NCBI GenBank assembly: GCA_965208325.1
Contig: OZ242326.1
Location: 1,828,859-1,892,858, forward strand
Source of the DNA: Candidatus Poribacteria bacterium
Lineage (GTDB): Bacteria; Poribacteria; WGA-4E; PCPOR2b
Length of the DNA stretch: 64,000 nt
Direction: 5' to 3'
The notes beneath the pieces were generated by a model that was not told the DNA's origin, ran no database searches, and worked only from the letters and a program-made list of their open reading frames with translations. Below, in pieces: positions 18,711 through 29,047 of this stretch. Position numbers and translations under genes: made by a program. Positions within the stretch are counted from its first letter, which is position 1; every line of letters starts with the position of its first letter.

Positions 18711-20018
18711 TTAGCATCTTTGTAAGCGTTCAAAGAGCTTAAGCTGCCGATCCAAACACTCAGCTTGAGGGAAATATTGTGGTTCGTAATTTCGGGTTTC
18801 GTTCCATGTAGCATAAACACAGTATTCAAAAAGCTCTTTTTTGCTATTGCGTTTCCTAACGACCTTGCTACCAATATTCGTGAATCCAAGAGATCTCAAA
18901 GAATCCTCAAGTAGCTTCTCCGTATGAACTTGCACACCGTAGAAGCTAGAGTTTCCCACAATGTATGCCAAAACTGCGCCTTTCTTCAGGCTTTTTCGCA
19001 AATTCTGTAGATGCAGGTGCATGTCATGGAAATATTTCCAAACATAATTTGCCATTAGTAAGGCATTCTTTTTTTTCGTTTCCAAAATTTGGCAAACAAC
19101 AATGTCCAATGATTTCGGGAGTTCACGTTCTTTTGATGTCCAATCTTGAAGCCTGCTAGTTGCAACACCCCAGGTTCCGCCAATTGCCTTCCAATCCAAT
19201 TCACCCGCTTCCCTAGCGGAGTCAAGAAACTTCGTCCAGTACATGTACGGGCGAAGTTCACGAATATAACTTATGCGGTTGGGATATGGCGGAGATGTGA
19301 TAACGTATGAATATCTCACATTATTGATTGATACTGGCGCCCGTGAATCCTCAAAATGCACAGACGCAGAACCAGATATTTCATCACCAGCACTTTCGAT
19401 GATTGATTTTGATATTTTTCCATACAATGCCCCAATTTGCTCAATTTTATAAGTCACTACTTCATTTTGAAACGACATGGAAACATGGTTGAATGCCGCC
19501 GAAGATGTTTCAATTATTAAGCGACAAAATGCAATCCACGCCAAATTAGCAACATGGTTTTCTTTCGGTTCTCCAAACTGATTAACAAGCGCCTCACGAA
19601 ATGCAGCAAGCGCTGACAAAGTATGGCCGCACCACCACCGCGTAATATTATGTATTTCGGGTATCCAGTTGTCTCCGTTCGCAATCTTTTTGCAATCGGC
19701 AAGGACTTTAATGTTTTCTAATTTCAGCCATTCCAACTCAGCACTTGAGTAGTTCCGGCATTTGGCATTTCCAAACCAAATGAGAAATGGGTTTATATCA
19801 AGACAATGTGCAGATAGCCCATGTTCCGCAGCGACCAATCCGCTTGTAGCTGTCCCAGAAAAAGGATCGAGAATAAACGCATCCTCGGGGACACTATCAA
19901 TAATCTCCTTTACTAGCTTGACCGAATAAGCGGGCGTCAAACGTAGCCACCCATGCCTGCCGAGTTTATTGTTGTATTTGAATGTATAGTCTGACCGTTG
20001 CTGAAATCTCTCGTTCAT
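18711..20018 (-). CDS. Amino-DNA methyltransferase, probably N4-cytosine (motif I before motif IV)
   Basis: ILDPFSGTATS and VITSPPY motifs; ATGA overlap with upstream gene. Confidence 0.85.
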   Translation of the reverse strand: MNERFQQRSDYTFKYNNKLGRHGWLRLTPAYSVKLVKEIIDSVPEDAFILDPFSGTATSGLVAAEHGLSAHCLDINPFLIWFGNAKCRNYSSAELEWLKLENIKVLADCKKIANGDNWIPEIHNITRWWCGHTLSALAAFREALVNQFGEPKENHVANLAWIAFCRLIIETSSAAFNHVSMSFQNEVVTYKIEQIGALYGKISKSIIESAGDEISGSASVHFEDSRAPVSINNVRYSYVITSPPYPNRISYIRELRPYMYWTKFLDSAREAGELDWKAIGGTWGVATSRLQDWTSKERELPKSLDIVVCQILETKKKNALLMANYVWKYFHDMHLHLQNLRKSLKKGAVLAYIVGNSSFYGVQVHTEKLLEDSLRSLGFTNIGSKVVRKRNSKKELFEYCVYATWNETRNYEPQYFPQAECLDRQLKLFERLQRC

Positions 20019-20818
20019 TTCTCAGCATTCCGTAGTGTGTCTAATACATCATGTATTTCTTTCTTGATTCTCGTTGTGTGATGTTTGAAGAAACCCGCTA
20101 AGTCGTACGTTAAAACTTGTTCACAGAATGCATACAAGGATACGTTATTGTTTCCGCAAGTCGTACCGATGAGAATCCCGCAACGATTGTTACGGTATCT
20201 TAAAACGATATCAGCGTCAATTTGAGAAGAAAAAACTGCAAACACAGGTAAGTAATTGTTTGCCCATGCGACTGTAGCGTTGTCAATGTCCGCATTTTGA
20301 CGTTTAGAATCTTTGCTCTTGTAGCCCTGTCGAACTTCAAAAACAATTCCGCTAGTGGGTTCGGAAACTTCACCCAATTCCGAGCAATACCGCTCTGTCC
20401 ACTGCTTAACGTTGGTCAGTACCCGTTTATTTTGGATCTCTGAAAGTTCTAATCTGCCATCTAGAGATAACTTCTTCAATTTCCCGGAAGGTGTTTTGGC
20501 AGTGTACGACCATGTGGCGAACTCAGCATTTTTGTAACCAGTCGTATCCACCAGCACTGCGCGAAATAACCGTTCGCAGCCAATCCCAATCTGGCGGTAC
20601 ACAGAAGTCATCCCACCCGCAAGGCGGTGGGCGGCATACATAAGATCGGTATCAAGGCCGGTCCATGAATAGAAAGGATCTGAACTGTAAAGTGTCTTGA
20701 ACTCGTTCAGAGAAAATCCTTCTTCTTTGTTCGCATGACCGAATTTTGGTCGGTATCGTTTGCACCTCTGAATTGGGTCCAAAAATGTATCAAGGTATCG
20801 TCCTTCGTCTCTCGTCAC
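20015..20818 (-). CDS. Putative type II restriction endonuclease
   Basis: Coupled to the MTase; GCERL...LDG...FEVRQ resembles a PD-(D/E)XK variant; AT-richer. Confidence 0.7.
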   Translation of the reverse strand: MTRDEGRYLDTFLDPIQRCKRYRPKFGHANKEEGFSLNEFKTLYSSDPFYSWTGLDTDLMYAAHRLAGGMTSVYRQIGIGCERLFRAVLVDTTGYKNAEFATWSYTAKTPSGKLKKLSLDGRLELSEIQNKRVLTNVKQWTERYCSELGEVSEPTSGIVFEVRQGYKSKDSKRQNADIDNATVAWANNYLPVFAVFSSQIDADIVLRYRNNRCGILIGTTCGNNNVSLYAFCEQVLTYDLAGFFKHHTTRIKKEIHDVLDTLRNAEK

Positions 20819-21327
20819 ATCATCCTCAATGCGAGTTTTTGTATTCGTTTAACTGACATAGCTAACTGCAGAATAGGGAAAACCTGTTTGAAACTTGTTC
20901 AATCGCTTTAATCCTAAAGCCAATTCCGAGCTAATTCATAATGACCGTAGTCAATTCCAACACCAATTCGCCGATTAATGTGCACCTCGACTACGTAGGC
21001 CATTAAATTCTCCTGTAAACAGATCGGGTTGACAAGTGTCTCCATTGATTATATACACACCTACTTCCTCAAATAAAGGCGCGACTCTGAAATGAGTGTG
21101 TCTATCCAATTCTGAAATTTGCATACCAGGCAGTTTCCCAATCTGGTTACAGTTGAACCCATTAAAGGGTTTAGCGGGTTGCTTCATCCCTGAATATATT
21201 ACATCAGATTTACCCCCGGTTGTCAATGATTCCTTCTGCACATGCACAATTCCGCCTTACGAAATCAATCCTCACTTCAAACTCCTTCAAGACGTCCGTA
21301 TCGTAGCACACAATGAATTAGGCGACT

Positions 21328-22101
21328 TTAGGATTTACGAAGTTTGAGTGAATCTGCTTTTAAACGATCGAGCTCAAGATGGTAGATGCCGACAAGTATA
21401 TCGCCCTCAAACTTTTGCCCAACACGAAAGGTGCCGCGAAGCGAAATTGGCACATCTTGATAACTGCGGATTTTCTTTTTTTGCGGAACCTCTACATACA
21501 CCCATTCGTTAAGGAGCGGGATTGCGCCGAAACAGCATGCCATTTGGTCTTTGAGCAACACGAAAGTTCGAACGTTATCGAATTCACCTTCAAGCGGCAA
21601 CATGAACCCTTCAATCTCAATTTTCGACCCGTTCAACGCTCTGATTTGCGGCGGAATTTCTTCGTCTAGGTTCAGCGCGGAGACGTATTCCGGATCGTCC
21701 AATCTAGCCCAGTTCGGCTCCCTGATTCGAAAGCTAGTGAGGGTGTCAAAGGTCAGTGATTCATAATCGCCCGTGCGCTTGCCGCTCCGTTGACTTTCAA
21801 CTCTTGGCGGCTGGGAGTCCGGCACCGCGCCCGGCTGTAAATCCACGCTGATCTCCGGTGTGGTGTTCACCTCCTCGCGCGGATTGGCATCGCCAGATTC
21901 TGCGACCGCCAGCGGGGCACCCTGCACCTCAAAACGTCCAGCGTTCGACGCTGATTGCTCGCTTACCTTCCTAAGGGCGCGAATCGGATGTGGTTCCGGT
22001 AACATTTGAGAAAGACCGAGCGCCAGCGCAACAACAACTACACTCGTAATTGCAAAAGGAAGCCAAGAGCTTCGTCGTTTCTCCGTTTTAAGCTGCTTCA
22101 T
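21328..22101 (-). CDS. DUF3299-domain protein
   Basis: N-terminal TM; RALNGSKIEIEGFMLPL, ACCFG..P..NEWVYV. Confidence 0.8.
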   Translation of the reverse strand: MKQLKTEKRRSSWLPFAITSVVVVALALGLSQMLPEPHPIRALRKVSEQSASNAGRFEVQGAPLAVAESGDANPREEVNTTPEISVDLQPGAVPDSQPPRVESQRSGKRTGDYESLTFDTLTSFRIREPNWARLDDPEYVSALNLDEEIPPQIRALNGSKIEIEGFMLPLEGEFDNVRTFVLLKDQMACCFGAIPLLNEWVYVEVPQKKKIRSYQDVPISLRGTFRVGQKFEGDILVGIYHLELDRLKADSLKLRKS

Positions 22102-22117
22102 CGCATTCGCCTCCTAA

Positions 22118-22651
22118 CTAATGGTGATGATGTTCACCGTGCCCACCCTCGTTGCCTTCGGGAAAATCAAAATCAACGTCAGTGAAGTGCTGCCCCTTCA
22201 CCGAAATTGACGTGATTTGCGCGTGAAAATCCGTCACGCCCTTGAGCACGTCGGATTGTCCCTCATATTGAGAGGTATCACCTTCGGTTTCTCCTGTTAA
22301 AACGTTTGCAGCGGCTTTGAGTTGCAAAGTAATTGACTGCCCAGATTTCAACCGATTTAATTTGAGTTCGATGGTGTTCTGCGTGAGGCGCACCGGTTTT
22401 TCCGCCTCGCTATCTAGGACATAACCAGTGAGTTTTCCGGTTGATTCTTCCAGCACAAATTCGAGGTGCGCGAACTCTTTGCCCAACACCACGAGTGCTC
22501 CACCGTGCGGCGCCGTATGATGATGGTCGGCGTGTGTTCCATGTGTCTCACTCTGATTACCGTGGTGAGCGTCTTTTTTCTCACAACCGAATTGGACAAA
22601 TGCAATTGTAAAAATTGTCATCAATGTCACGATGGTTTTTTGGAATTTCAT
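22118..22651 (-). CDS. His-rich lipoprotein (APHGG motif)
   Basis: Lipobox-like FGC; HHHTAPHGGALVVLG..FAHLE; C-terminal HGEHHHH. Confidence 0.8.
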   Translation of the reverse strand: MKFQKTIVTLMTIFTIAFVQFGCEKKDAHHGNQSETHGTHADHHHTAPHGGALVVLGKEFAHLEFVLEESTGKLTGYVLDSEAEKPVRLTQNTIELKLNRLKSGQSITLQLKAAANVLTGETEGDTSQYEGQSDVLKGVTDFHAQITSISVKGQHFTDVDFDFPEGNEGGHGEHHHH

Positions 22652-22774
22652 GATGGTTTTTCCTACTCCAAATTTGAGTTAATGGAAACGTCAAATTCTT
22701 CGTTATGATTCAGACGTTCCCACACGTTTATGTGGTATCCTTAGCATATGGATATGCGTCCAAAGGTGAACTCA

Positions 22775-22909
22775 ATGATTAAGGACTCGCCCATGGTTGA
22801 AGAAATTCGCCGCATCAGGTGTGCCCTTTCGGCGCAATTTGACCGTGATGTGGATAAATATATTTACTACTTGACAAAGGGAACAACGGGGCAAACGGAC
22901 CTCGTGTAA
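22775..22909 (+). CDS. 44-aa small protein or remnant (DPIVEEIRRIR type, often a partner of PIN genes)
   Basis: AAGGTGA RBS; MIKDSPMVEEIRRIRCALSAQFDRDVDKY; antisense within operon. Confidence 0.45.
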   Translation: MIKDSPMVEEIRRIRCALSAQFDRDVDKYIYYLTKGTTGQTDLV

Positions 22910-23087
22910 CTACGGCCGGAATCCCCACCGAATGAGACACAAGACACGTACGATAAGGGTTAGCTAATTGGCGTTATCGTCATTTGGGTTCATATTTGCA
23001 CAAGGAGAGATTGACTGATTGATAATCAAGGCTAGGAAGCCTCTCCCACAAACCAATGCGTAAATGTATAATTTTTAGTTGCAATGC

Positions 23088-24341
23088 CTATAAGTTTGCC
23101 GCAACATCCGTCCGATACGCTTTGACGGCGGGCAAAACGCCCGCAACTGCCCCTAAGATTATAACACAAACTGGTGCGATGATAAACGCAGGATGAAAAC
23201 TTAACAGGTCCAATACGATTCCGGTTTGTGCACGAACAATCGCCGACGCTGCCGTGAAGATTATTCCGTAAACGATGAAACCAATGACGACGCCCATTGC
23301 GGCGATAGATGCGGCTTCCAACACGATTACGGAAAAAACCGTTTTCCGACGCGCACCGAGCGACCGCAAAATGGCGAACTCACGCCGCCGTTCGTTAATC
23401 GAATTATACACGCTTGCGAGAATTGAGCCTGCCGCCACCACAACGACAAGATAGGAAACCAGCGCCAAAATTTGATTCATCCAACCAATTTTATCAAACA
23501 GTCTCGCCATCACCGCGCCTATCGGCCATGCGAGAGTTGCCGCCTTACCCTGTTTATTTATTGTGGCGTCCATCATGAAGCCAATCTGCGGATTGCGAAA
23601 CTTCAGCATAACGGCACTGACCTCTTTGTGCTCGTCGGGAATCTCTCGTCCTGGTTCAGCCACATAATCCTCCCCACTTCCGCGCAACACATGCCCCTCC
23701 ATCCGGTAAATCCCTTCAATCGGAATCCAGATGACGCGGTCAGACGGAGAATTGGTCGGTTTAAGCACACCGACGACGGTATATTGCTCGTCATGCCGCA
23801 TCGACTCATCAAATACTAATCCGTGATAGGGGTTAAAGTTATCGCCTACCTTCAAGCCTAACTTATCCGCGGTGTAGCTGCCCAAAACCGCTTCTTGCCG
23901 AGCCGGATTGAAAAAACGTCCGCCGCCTTGAGTTTGAAACCGAACGCCATCACGGTACTCAAACTCTGTGAATAACGTCCGCGTCGTGCCGACGATGCGG
24001 AATCCGTGATAGTTGTCTCCGAGTGCGTAAGGCACGGCGAGTTCGACGCGAGGGTCGTCTCTCATCGCCTGATACATCGCCCATGGTATATTGCCGGGTG
24101 AGGTTTCGAGATGAAAGACAGTGTTCAATACCAGTTGCAGCGGACTGCCGCGCGCACCGAGAACCGCATCAAAGCCGATCTGACCGCCCGTGAATGCGGC
24201 TACAGATTGCGCCTTGATGCCGATGACTGCCATGACGAGTCCGGTTCCGAGCGCTATCGACAGCGCAGCGATAAGCGTCGATAGGGCGTGTTGCCGCAGG
24301 CTGCGTCGAACGATGAATAACAAACTCATGCGCTTTTTCAT
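23088..24341 (-). CDS. MacB/FtsX-type ABC permease (ZrgC-like)
   Basis: GARGSPLQLVLNTVFH, ERRREFAILRSLGA, PAVKAYRTD. Confidence 0.88.
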   Translation of the reverse strand: MKKRMSLLFIVRRSLRQHALSTLIAALSIALGTGLVMAVIGIKAQSVAAFTGGQIGFDAVLGARGSPLQLVLNTVFHLETSPGNIPWAMYQAMRDDPRVELAVPYALGDNYHGFRIVGTTRTLFTEFEYRDGVRFQTQGGGRFFNPARQEAVLGSYTADKLGLKVGDNFNPYHGLVFDESMRHDEQYTVVGVLKPTNSPSDRVIWIPIEGIYRMEGHVLRGSGEDYVAEPGREIPDEHKEVSAVMLKFRNPQIGFMMDATINKQGKAATLAWPIGAVMARLFDKIGWMNQILALVSYLVVVVAAGSILASVYNSINERRREFAILRSLGARRKTVFSVIVLEAASIAAMGVVIGFIVYGIIFTAASAIVRAQTGIVLDLLSFHPAFIIAPVCVIILGAVAGVLPAVKAYRTDVAANL

Positions 24342-24459
24342 TTTTCCACGTGAATATTGTGCCGCAGGATTTTCAGTACGGTGTCACATGTTCGTGCTCA
24401 ATGCGGGATTCGGATATGCACACTCGCCGGCTGATGCGGCGGGCGCATTTTTTATGCGA

Positions 24460-25122
24460 TCACGCACGATTCACATGTGCGAAATCTGTTGCCTTCTCAA
24501 ACTGCTCCAATATTCCGACATCGTGGCTAACGGTGAGCAACGCGGCGTTGTTTTCATGGCAAATCTCGCGGATAAGCGCTATCGCTTCGTTAGCGCGGTG
24601 ATAATCCAGATTTCCAGTCGGTTCGTCGGCAAGCACCAAGCGCGGACGGTTGGCGATAGCTCGGGCAACCGCAACACGCTGCTGTTGCCCGACGGATAAT
24701 TGCGACGGCGGATATCCCATTCGATCGCCCAATCCGACCCGTTCAAGCAGGTGTTGGGCGAACTCTACATCAACGCCCTTCCCAAACATCATGCCGAGCA
24801 CGACATTTTCCAATGCGGTGTAACCGTGGAGCAGATTGAAGGTCTGGAAGATGTAGCCTATATGGCTGGCGCGCAGTGAATCCCGCCCAGACTCGGAGAG
24901 GCCAGTCATCTCCTCACCATTAATGACGATCTGTCCGCTATCGGCGTGCAGAATTCCAGCGACAAGATTAAGAAACGTGGTTTTACCCGTGCCGCTGCTT
25001 CCCTTGAGCGCCGTCTGCGAACCTGCCTCCAGCTCGAAATGAGGCACATCAACGACCCGAGTCTGCGTGCCTTCAGGCGAGCAATAGGCTTTTTCGAGAT
25101 TAGCGACTGTCAAGAGCGGCAT
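24460..25122 (-). CDS. ABC transporter ATP-binding protein (LolD/ZrgB-like)
   Basis: GSSGTGKTT, LSVGQQQRVAVARA, LADEPT. Confidence 0.92.
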   Translation of the reverse strand: MPLLTVANLEKAYCSPEGTQTRVVDVPHFELEAGSQTALKGSSGTGKTTFLNLVAGILHADSGQIVINGEEMTGLSESGRDSLRASHIGYIFQTFNLLHGYTALENVVLGMMFGKGVDVEFAQHLLERVGLGDRMGYPPSQLSVGQQQRVAVARAIANRPRLVLADEPTGNLDYHRANEAIALIREICHENNAALLTVSHDVGILEQFEKATDFAHVNRA

Positions 25123-25134
25123 AACACACCGTGA

Positions 25135-25533
25135 TTAGTTGTTCGACGTTTCGCAGTGTTGACACATACGGCAGAGGCGGCGATTGATGAGGTGAACAAC
25201 TGCTAGCAGAAGTCCGCCCATAGCCATGAAGATTACTTCGCTCCCCTCTGATGCGTGAAACCGTGCAATGTAGATGAGTGTTAATGCACCACCGAGCATC
25301 AGAAACACTCGCCATTTTCGGTGGTTTCTATAGCCCCATGTGAAACTGCCTACAGCAACTCCCACTGCGCCGAATACCAGCGTCAACTCCGCTGACTCGC
25401 TGAGAATAAACCCAAGCCCAACCAGCGGCAATACGGTCATCAAGAGCGGGGCTGCCATACAGTGGACGGCACACGCAAACGACAAGCATGCGCCTACATT
25501 GTCCACGACTGTGTGATTCAGATATCTGTTCAA
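25135..25533 (-). CDS. MerC-domain membrane protein (stand-alone copy)
   Basis: CAVHC, 4 hydrophobic segments, CRMCQHC tail. Confidence 0.85.
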   Translation of the reverse strand: MNRYLNHTVVDNVGACLSFACAVHCMAAPLLMTVLPLVGLGFILSESAELTLVFGAVGVAVGSFTWGYRNHRKWRVFLMLGGALTLIYIARFHASEGSEVIFMAMGGLLLAVVHLINRRLCRMCQHCETSNN

Positions 25534-25650
25534 TTATTGGCTCCTAACGTCATACGTTACTTTTACCGGTTTCCGCTTTGCCGGTCCGGCATGCCAAATC
25601 CGAATTAATCGCTAGATTTGGCACGCTGACAGGCAAACTTATGTCTTCGG

Positions 25651-26292
25651 TTACGGCGTAACCGTTACGGGAATCAAGAGCGCCGCCGTGAAATCGGGAT
25701 GGTCGCCGTGCATGAGTTGGAGCTTGATTTGCGTTTGACCGGCTTTAAGCCCCGCCACCTCAAAGGTGAATTGCTCGGCAAGCTCATCGCCGTGTTCATC
25801 GTGTTCCTCATGCTCATCGTCATCGTCGTGATCATCGCCCTCATCGTGATCGTCATCATCGTCGTGATCGTCATCGTGTTCATCATGCTCACCGTGATCG
25901 TCGTGGTAAAGGTGTACCTCAATGATTGATGAATCATATCCGCTGAGCGCTAAAGCAAACACCTCTTCCTCGCCATGTTCGTGGTCGTGGTCGTGGTCGT
26001 CTTCCTCTTCCGGATTCTCAGGAAAAAATTCATGGCTGTCGTGGTCAAGGAACGCGGTCAGAACGTCGAGTTCCTCTCCGACTTTGAGCGTGATACCTCC
26101 CGTATGCGCCCCCTCAAATTGACGGTATATCTCGTTCCCGTCAACCTTGAGCACAAAACCGTCTGCATCGGCGTGAAATGGTTCATCGTCATGGCCATTG
26201 TCGACAATAGGATTGTCGTCTTCACCGCACGCGGCGAACAGTGCAACAGATACAAGTAACAACAACGTAAAACGTAAAACAGGCCTAAACAT
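25651..26292 (-). CDS. His/Asp-rich lipoprotein (paralog of 3111-3743)
   Basis: GGAGG RBS; lipobox LFAAC; His/Asp tracts of different length. Confidence 0.85.
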   Translation of the reverse strand: MFRPVLRFTLLLLVSVALFAACGEDDNPIVDNGHDDEPFHADADGFVLKVDGNEIYRQFEGAHTGGITLKVGEELDVLTAFLDHDSHEFFPENPEEEDDHDHDHEHGEEEVFALALSGYDSSIIEVHLYHDDHGEHDEHDDDHDDDDDHDEGDDHDDDDEHEEHDEHGDELAEQFTFEVAGLKAGQTQIKLQLMHGDHPDFTAALLIPVTVTP

Positions 26293-26450
26293 TATTTCCT
26301 CCAGATATAGATAGACTGTATTTCCCAAGCATCAAGACTGACGAAACAACGTAAAACAAGCAGACTACTGCCGAGACTGTATAAAACTCAGCCGGGAAAG
26401 ACAGATAAAGATTTGGTCAAAAAAACAGAGATATGAGATTATTGAGCAAC

Positions 26451-26753
26451 TTAAACGGGGATAGTCGGCGGGGCACGACTCCGGACGCCCTTGTCAAGAA
26501 TCGCAGAAATGAAAGATACGGTGATAGGTTGTTGAATTGAGATGCAGGCAGCAAGATTGGTGACGTCAACGGCGTTGAGTTCAATACCGACGTGGTTGGC
26601 ATTGAAAAAGCAGGCAGAGCAGTGTTCTGAATTGACATCAACATGCTCATGGTCGTGTACAAGTGCAACAAGGTTAACCGTTATCAGATAATAAACGATT
26701 CCAATCAATACCCCCCAGCGAATGGGAGTAAAATGGATTTTAACCTTTTGCAA
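26451..26753 (-). CDS. DUF2946/CruR-like RAPP leader peptide (copy B)
   Basis: TTG start with AAGGAG RBS; HDHEH..EHCSAC; RSRAPPTIPV*. Confidence 0.8.
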   Translation of the reverse strand: MQKVKIHFTPIRWGVLIGIVYYLITVNLVALVHDHEHVDVNSEHCSACFFNANHVGIELNAVDVTNLAACISIQQPITVSFISAILDKGVRSRAPPTIPV

Positions 26754-26802
26754 GACTCCTTACCTCATTCAAACGTTCAAAAATTCGCCAACACAGCATT
26801 GT

Positions 26803-26831
26803 ATTTTAGCACAACCAATTGGCTTTGTCCA
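26803..26831 (-). promoter_or_regulatory. Sigma70-type promoter of copy B
   Basis: TGGACA-17-TAAAAT; CCAATTGG palindrome in spacer. Confidence 0.6.
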
Positions 26832-27006
26832 ATTTTTTTGATTCAAAATCGACAGGAATGGGTATCAAACCAAATCCATCGTACTGCCGCTAGGCACCTT
26901 GACAAAACTGGTAATAATCGTTTATTCTAAACTACAGCGAGGCCTTGGAATGTAATGGACCGAAACTGATTTCATTCATGATGACAAGAAAGGACTGTAA
27001 TCCAGA

Positions 27007-27693
27007 ATGGATAGATTCTTCGCTGTTTTGATGGTTGTTTGCATTGTGACTTTTACAAGTATTTCAGATTACGCGGTAAGCGATGAAGGTGAAGCATCAG
27101 CCGAAAAATGCCACGTCCCCGGGTGGTTCCGAGTCGATACGGATAGTTTAGGTACGCATTTCCTGATTGGGGCTACACATTGTGTCGGCAGTGTTTCGAT
27201 TGAGTCGAATATATTCATTGATGATACACTCGGTGAGTTTGACCTCGGTGTTTCCATACCCGCTGTTAAGGGCGACAGTTTCAGCCTTACCGTGCTGCCC
27301 ATGCTTGGACTTGGGTTTGATTATAAGGCGCCGGATGGCCCCTCCGCAATTTTCCCGCACCTGTTTGTTTTCATGCCCGCAGGTAAGATATTTCTCAAAT
27401 CGTGGTCGATTGGGTCATTCTATTCTGTGTTCGATGAGAAAAGGAGCAACGAATTCTACACCCGCAATTATGCCACCTATTCCCTGAACAGGACGGTTGC
27501 GGTCGGACCCCAGGTTGAAGCCGTGTTAGGGCTTGGGGATGACGGGAAACTCATTAGCCTGATTCTCGGCGCGCGAATCAACATCGGCTACGGCGAAAAT
27601 AACACGCTCGGCATACTTTATGGGTACGACACCAAAAAAACGGAAGAGCAATCAGGGTTGACAGGAAGGTTGAGTTTTACACGCAGATGGTAG
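27007..27693 (+). CDS. Hypothetical outer-membrane beta-barrel protein
   Basis: Signal peptide, alternating hydrophobic strands, terminal aromatic (RLSFTRRW). Confidence 0.65.
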   Translation: MDRFFAVLMVVCIVTFTSISDYAVSDEGEASAEKCHVPGWFRVDTDSLGTHFLIGATHCVGSVSIESNIFIDDTLGEFDLGVSIPAVKGDSFSLTVLPMLGLGFDYKAPDGPSAIFPHLFVFMPAGKIFLKSWSIGSFYSVFDEKRSNEFYTRNYATYSLNRTVAVGPQVEAVLGLGDDGKLISLILGARINIGYGENNTLGILYGYDTKKTEEQSGLTGRLSFTRRW

Positions 27694-27747
27694 CAACATG
27701 TCGTCTCCGGTAGATATTTTCATGCGTGAACGCGCGTAAACGACTAC

Positions 27748-28362
27748 CTACTGCAGCAGGAGCATAATTTCCTTGCGCCGGTCACGGCGCAGTGCATAGT
27801 CGTAAGGCGTATCGCCCTTGGCGGTCTTGATGGTTTTGTCGGCAGCAGCACCAAGTAACATCTTGATTACTTCTATATCGGCAGCTACAGCCGCAATGTG
27901 AAGTGGAGTTTCTCCCCAAACTGTGCTGAAGAAATCCATCTCTGTGCGACCGCCGACTTTGGTTTGCCGATTAACATCGCCGCCCCGTTGAATTAGGAGT
28001 TTCAATGTTTCAGGCTGATTTCGGAGAGCGGCTTTGTGCAGCGCAGTTTCCCCGCCGGCAGGGAGTTGCAAATTTACATCCGCCCCCGCATCAATTAGAA
28101 AAGACGCGAATTCCACATCGCCCCTAACCGTTGCGCTCATAAGCAGCGTCATTTCACTGAATCTATCGTGATTGATTTTACCGCCATAACCGAGCAGCCA
28201 TTTGCATATATCCTTGTGACCTCTGAAATACGCCCAAAAAAATGGTGGAAGGTCGCTGTGGTTCACGTCTGCGCCCTGTTGCACTAGCCGGCGGACGTCG
28301 TTGAATTTGCCGTTCTTTGCTGCTTCGATCAGCGCTTCGTTGATTCCCATTTCCTGTTCCAT
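27748..28362 (-). CDS. Ankyrin repeat protein
   Basis: GETALHKAA, GETPLHIAA, GADVN repeats. Confidence 0.92.
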   Translation of the reverse strand: MEQEMGINEALIEAAKNGKFNDVRRLVQQGADVNHSDLPPFFWAYFRGHKDICKWLLGYGGKINHDRFSEMTLLMSATVRGDVEFASFLIDAGADVNLQLPAGGETALHKAALRNQPETLKLLIQRGGDVNRQTKVGGRTEMDFFSTVWGETPLHIAAVAADIEVIKMLLGAAADKTIKTAKGDTPYDYALRRDRRKEIMLLLQ

Positions 28363-28440
28363 GATAATTTTCTATTATTTTTATTAATAGTCAATTCCAC
28401 TTATATTTGCTTATGTTTCGGTCGGTGCGGCTGCCGGCAA

Positions 28441-28905
28441 TCACCTATCAGCAACAATCCATCCACCATCTATCAGCCCAATGCTGGCGCAACTAGGCCC
28501 GCCTTCGTCATCTGTACCCATATACCTCGCCATGAGCACTTTATTCGGATTTTTGTACACCTCTTTCACCATTTGCCAAGTCACTTCCTGTTGGACATTG
28601 AATTTTGGATAGCCGGATGAAATCCAGATTTTTGCCCGTCGGCTCCATTCACAGTCCGCCTGACCCGCCGATTGGCCAATATTGATGTAGAAGAACCGCT
28701 TCGAGGGAGTTCCCCGTGCGAATGGCCCTGTGAAGTTAGGTAAACCCGTATTGCGCTGCGGTTTTACAATTGCCTCAAAATCGAACGCGATATCTTCGCC
28801 TGTTGATTGGGTAACCGAAACCAATTTTCCGTTGTTTTCCAGCGAGAAATTGACTCCGGCTGGCGGGCTCACTACGACGATGCGCATCGGGATGTTGTGT
28901 TCCAT
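28441..28905 (-). CDS. DUF5990-like protein
   Basis: GPFARGTPSKRFFYI, WSRRAKI, GGPSCAS. Confidence 0.7.
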   Translation of the reverse strand: MEHNIPMRIVVVSPPAGVNFSLENNGKLVSVTQSTGEDIAFDFEAIVKPQRNTGLPNFTGPFARGTPSKRFFYINIGQSAGQADCEWSRRAKIWISSGYPKFNVQQEVTWQMVKEVYKNPNKVLMARYMGTDDEGGPSCASIGLIDGGWIVADR

Positions 28906-29047
28906 AATTTAATCCTCGCCATTCATTTTAAGTTTTCAGCTTAGCTAGCGTCATGTCTGTAAGACGTATTCTATCATAACCATGGATTTCAGGACAACAC
29001 GCTTGAGTCTGGTCTGTGTTTTGAGTTGAATTGAGTGTGCTTTTCGC

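Larger units (their letters stand above)
25140..26886. repeat. Copy B of ~1.7-kb direct duplication
   Basis: Matches 2600-4340. Confidence 0.95.

Noticed and set aside
20975-21247. 90-aa ORF with PLFEEVGVYIINGD, like an MTase N-terminus
   Set aside because: Similarity too short and no catalytic motifs; at most a remnant
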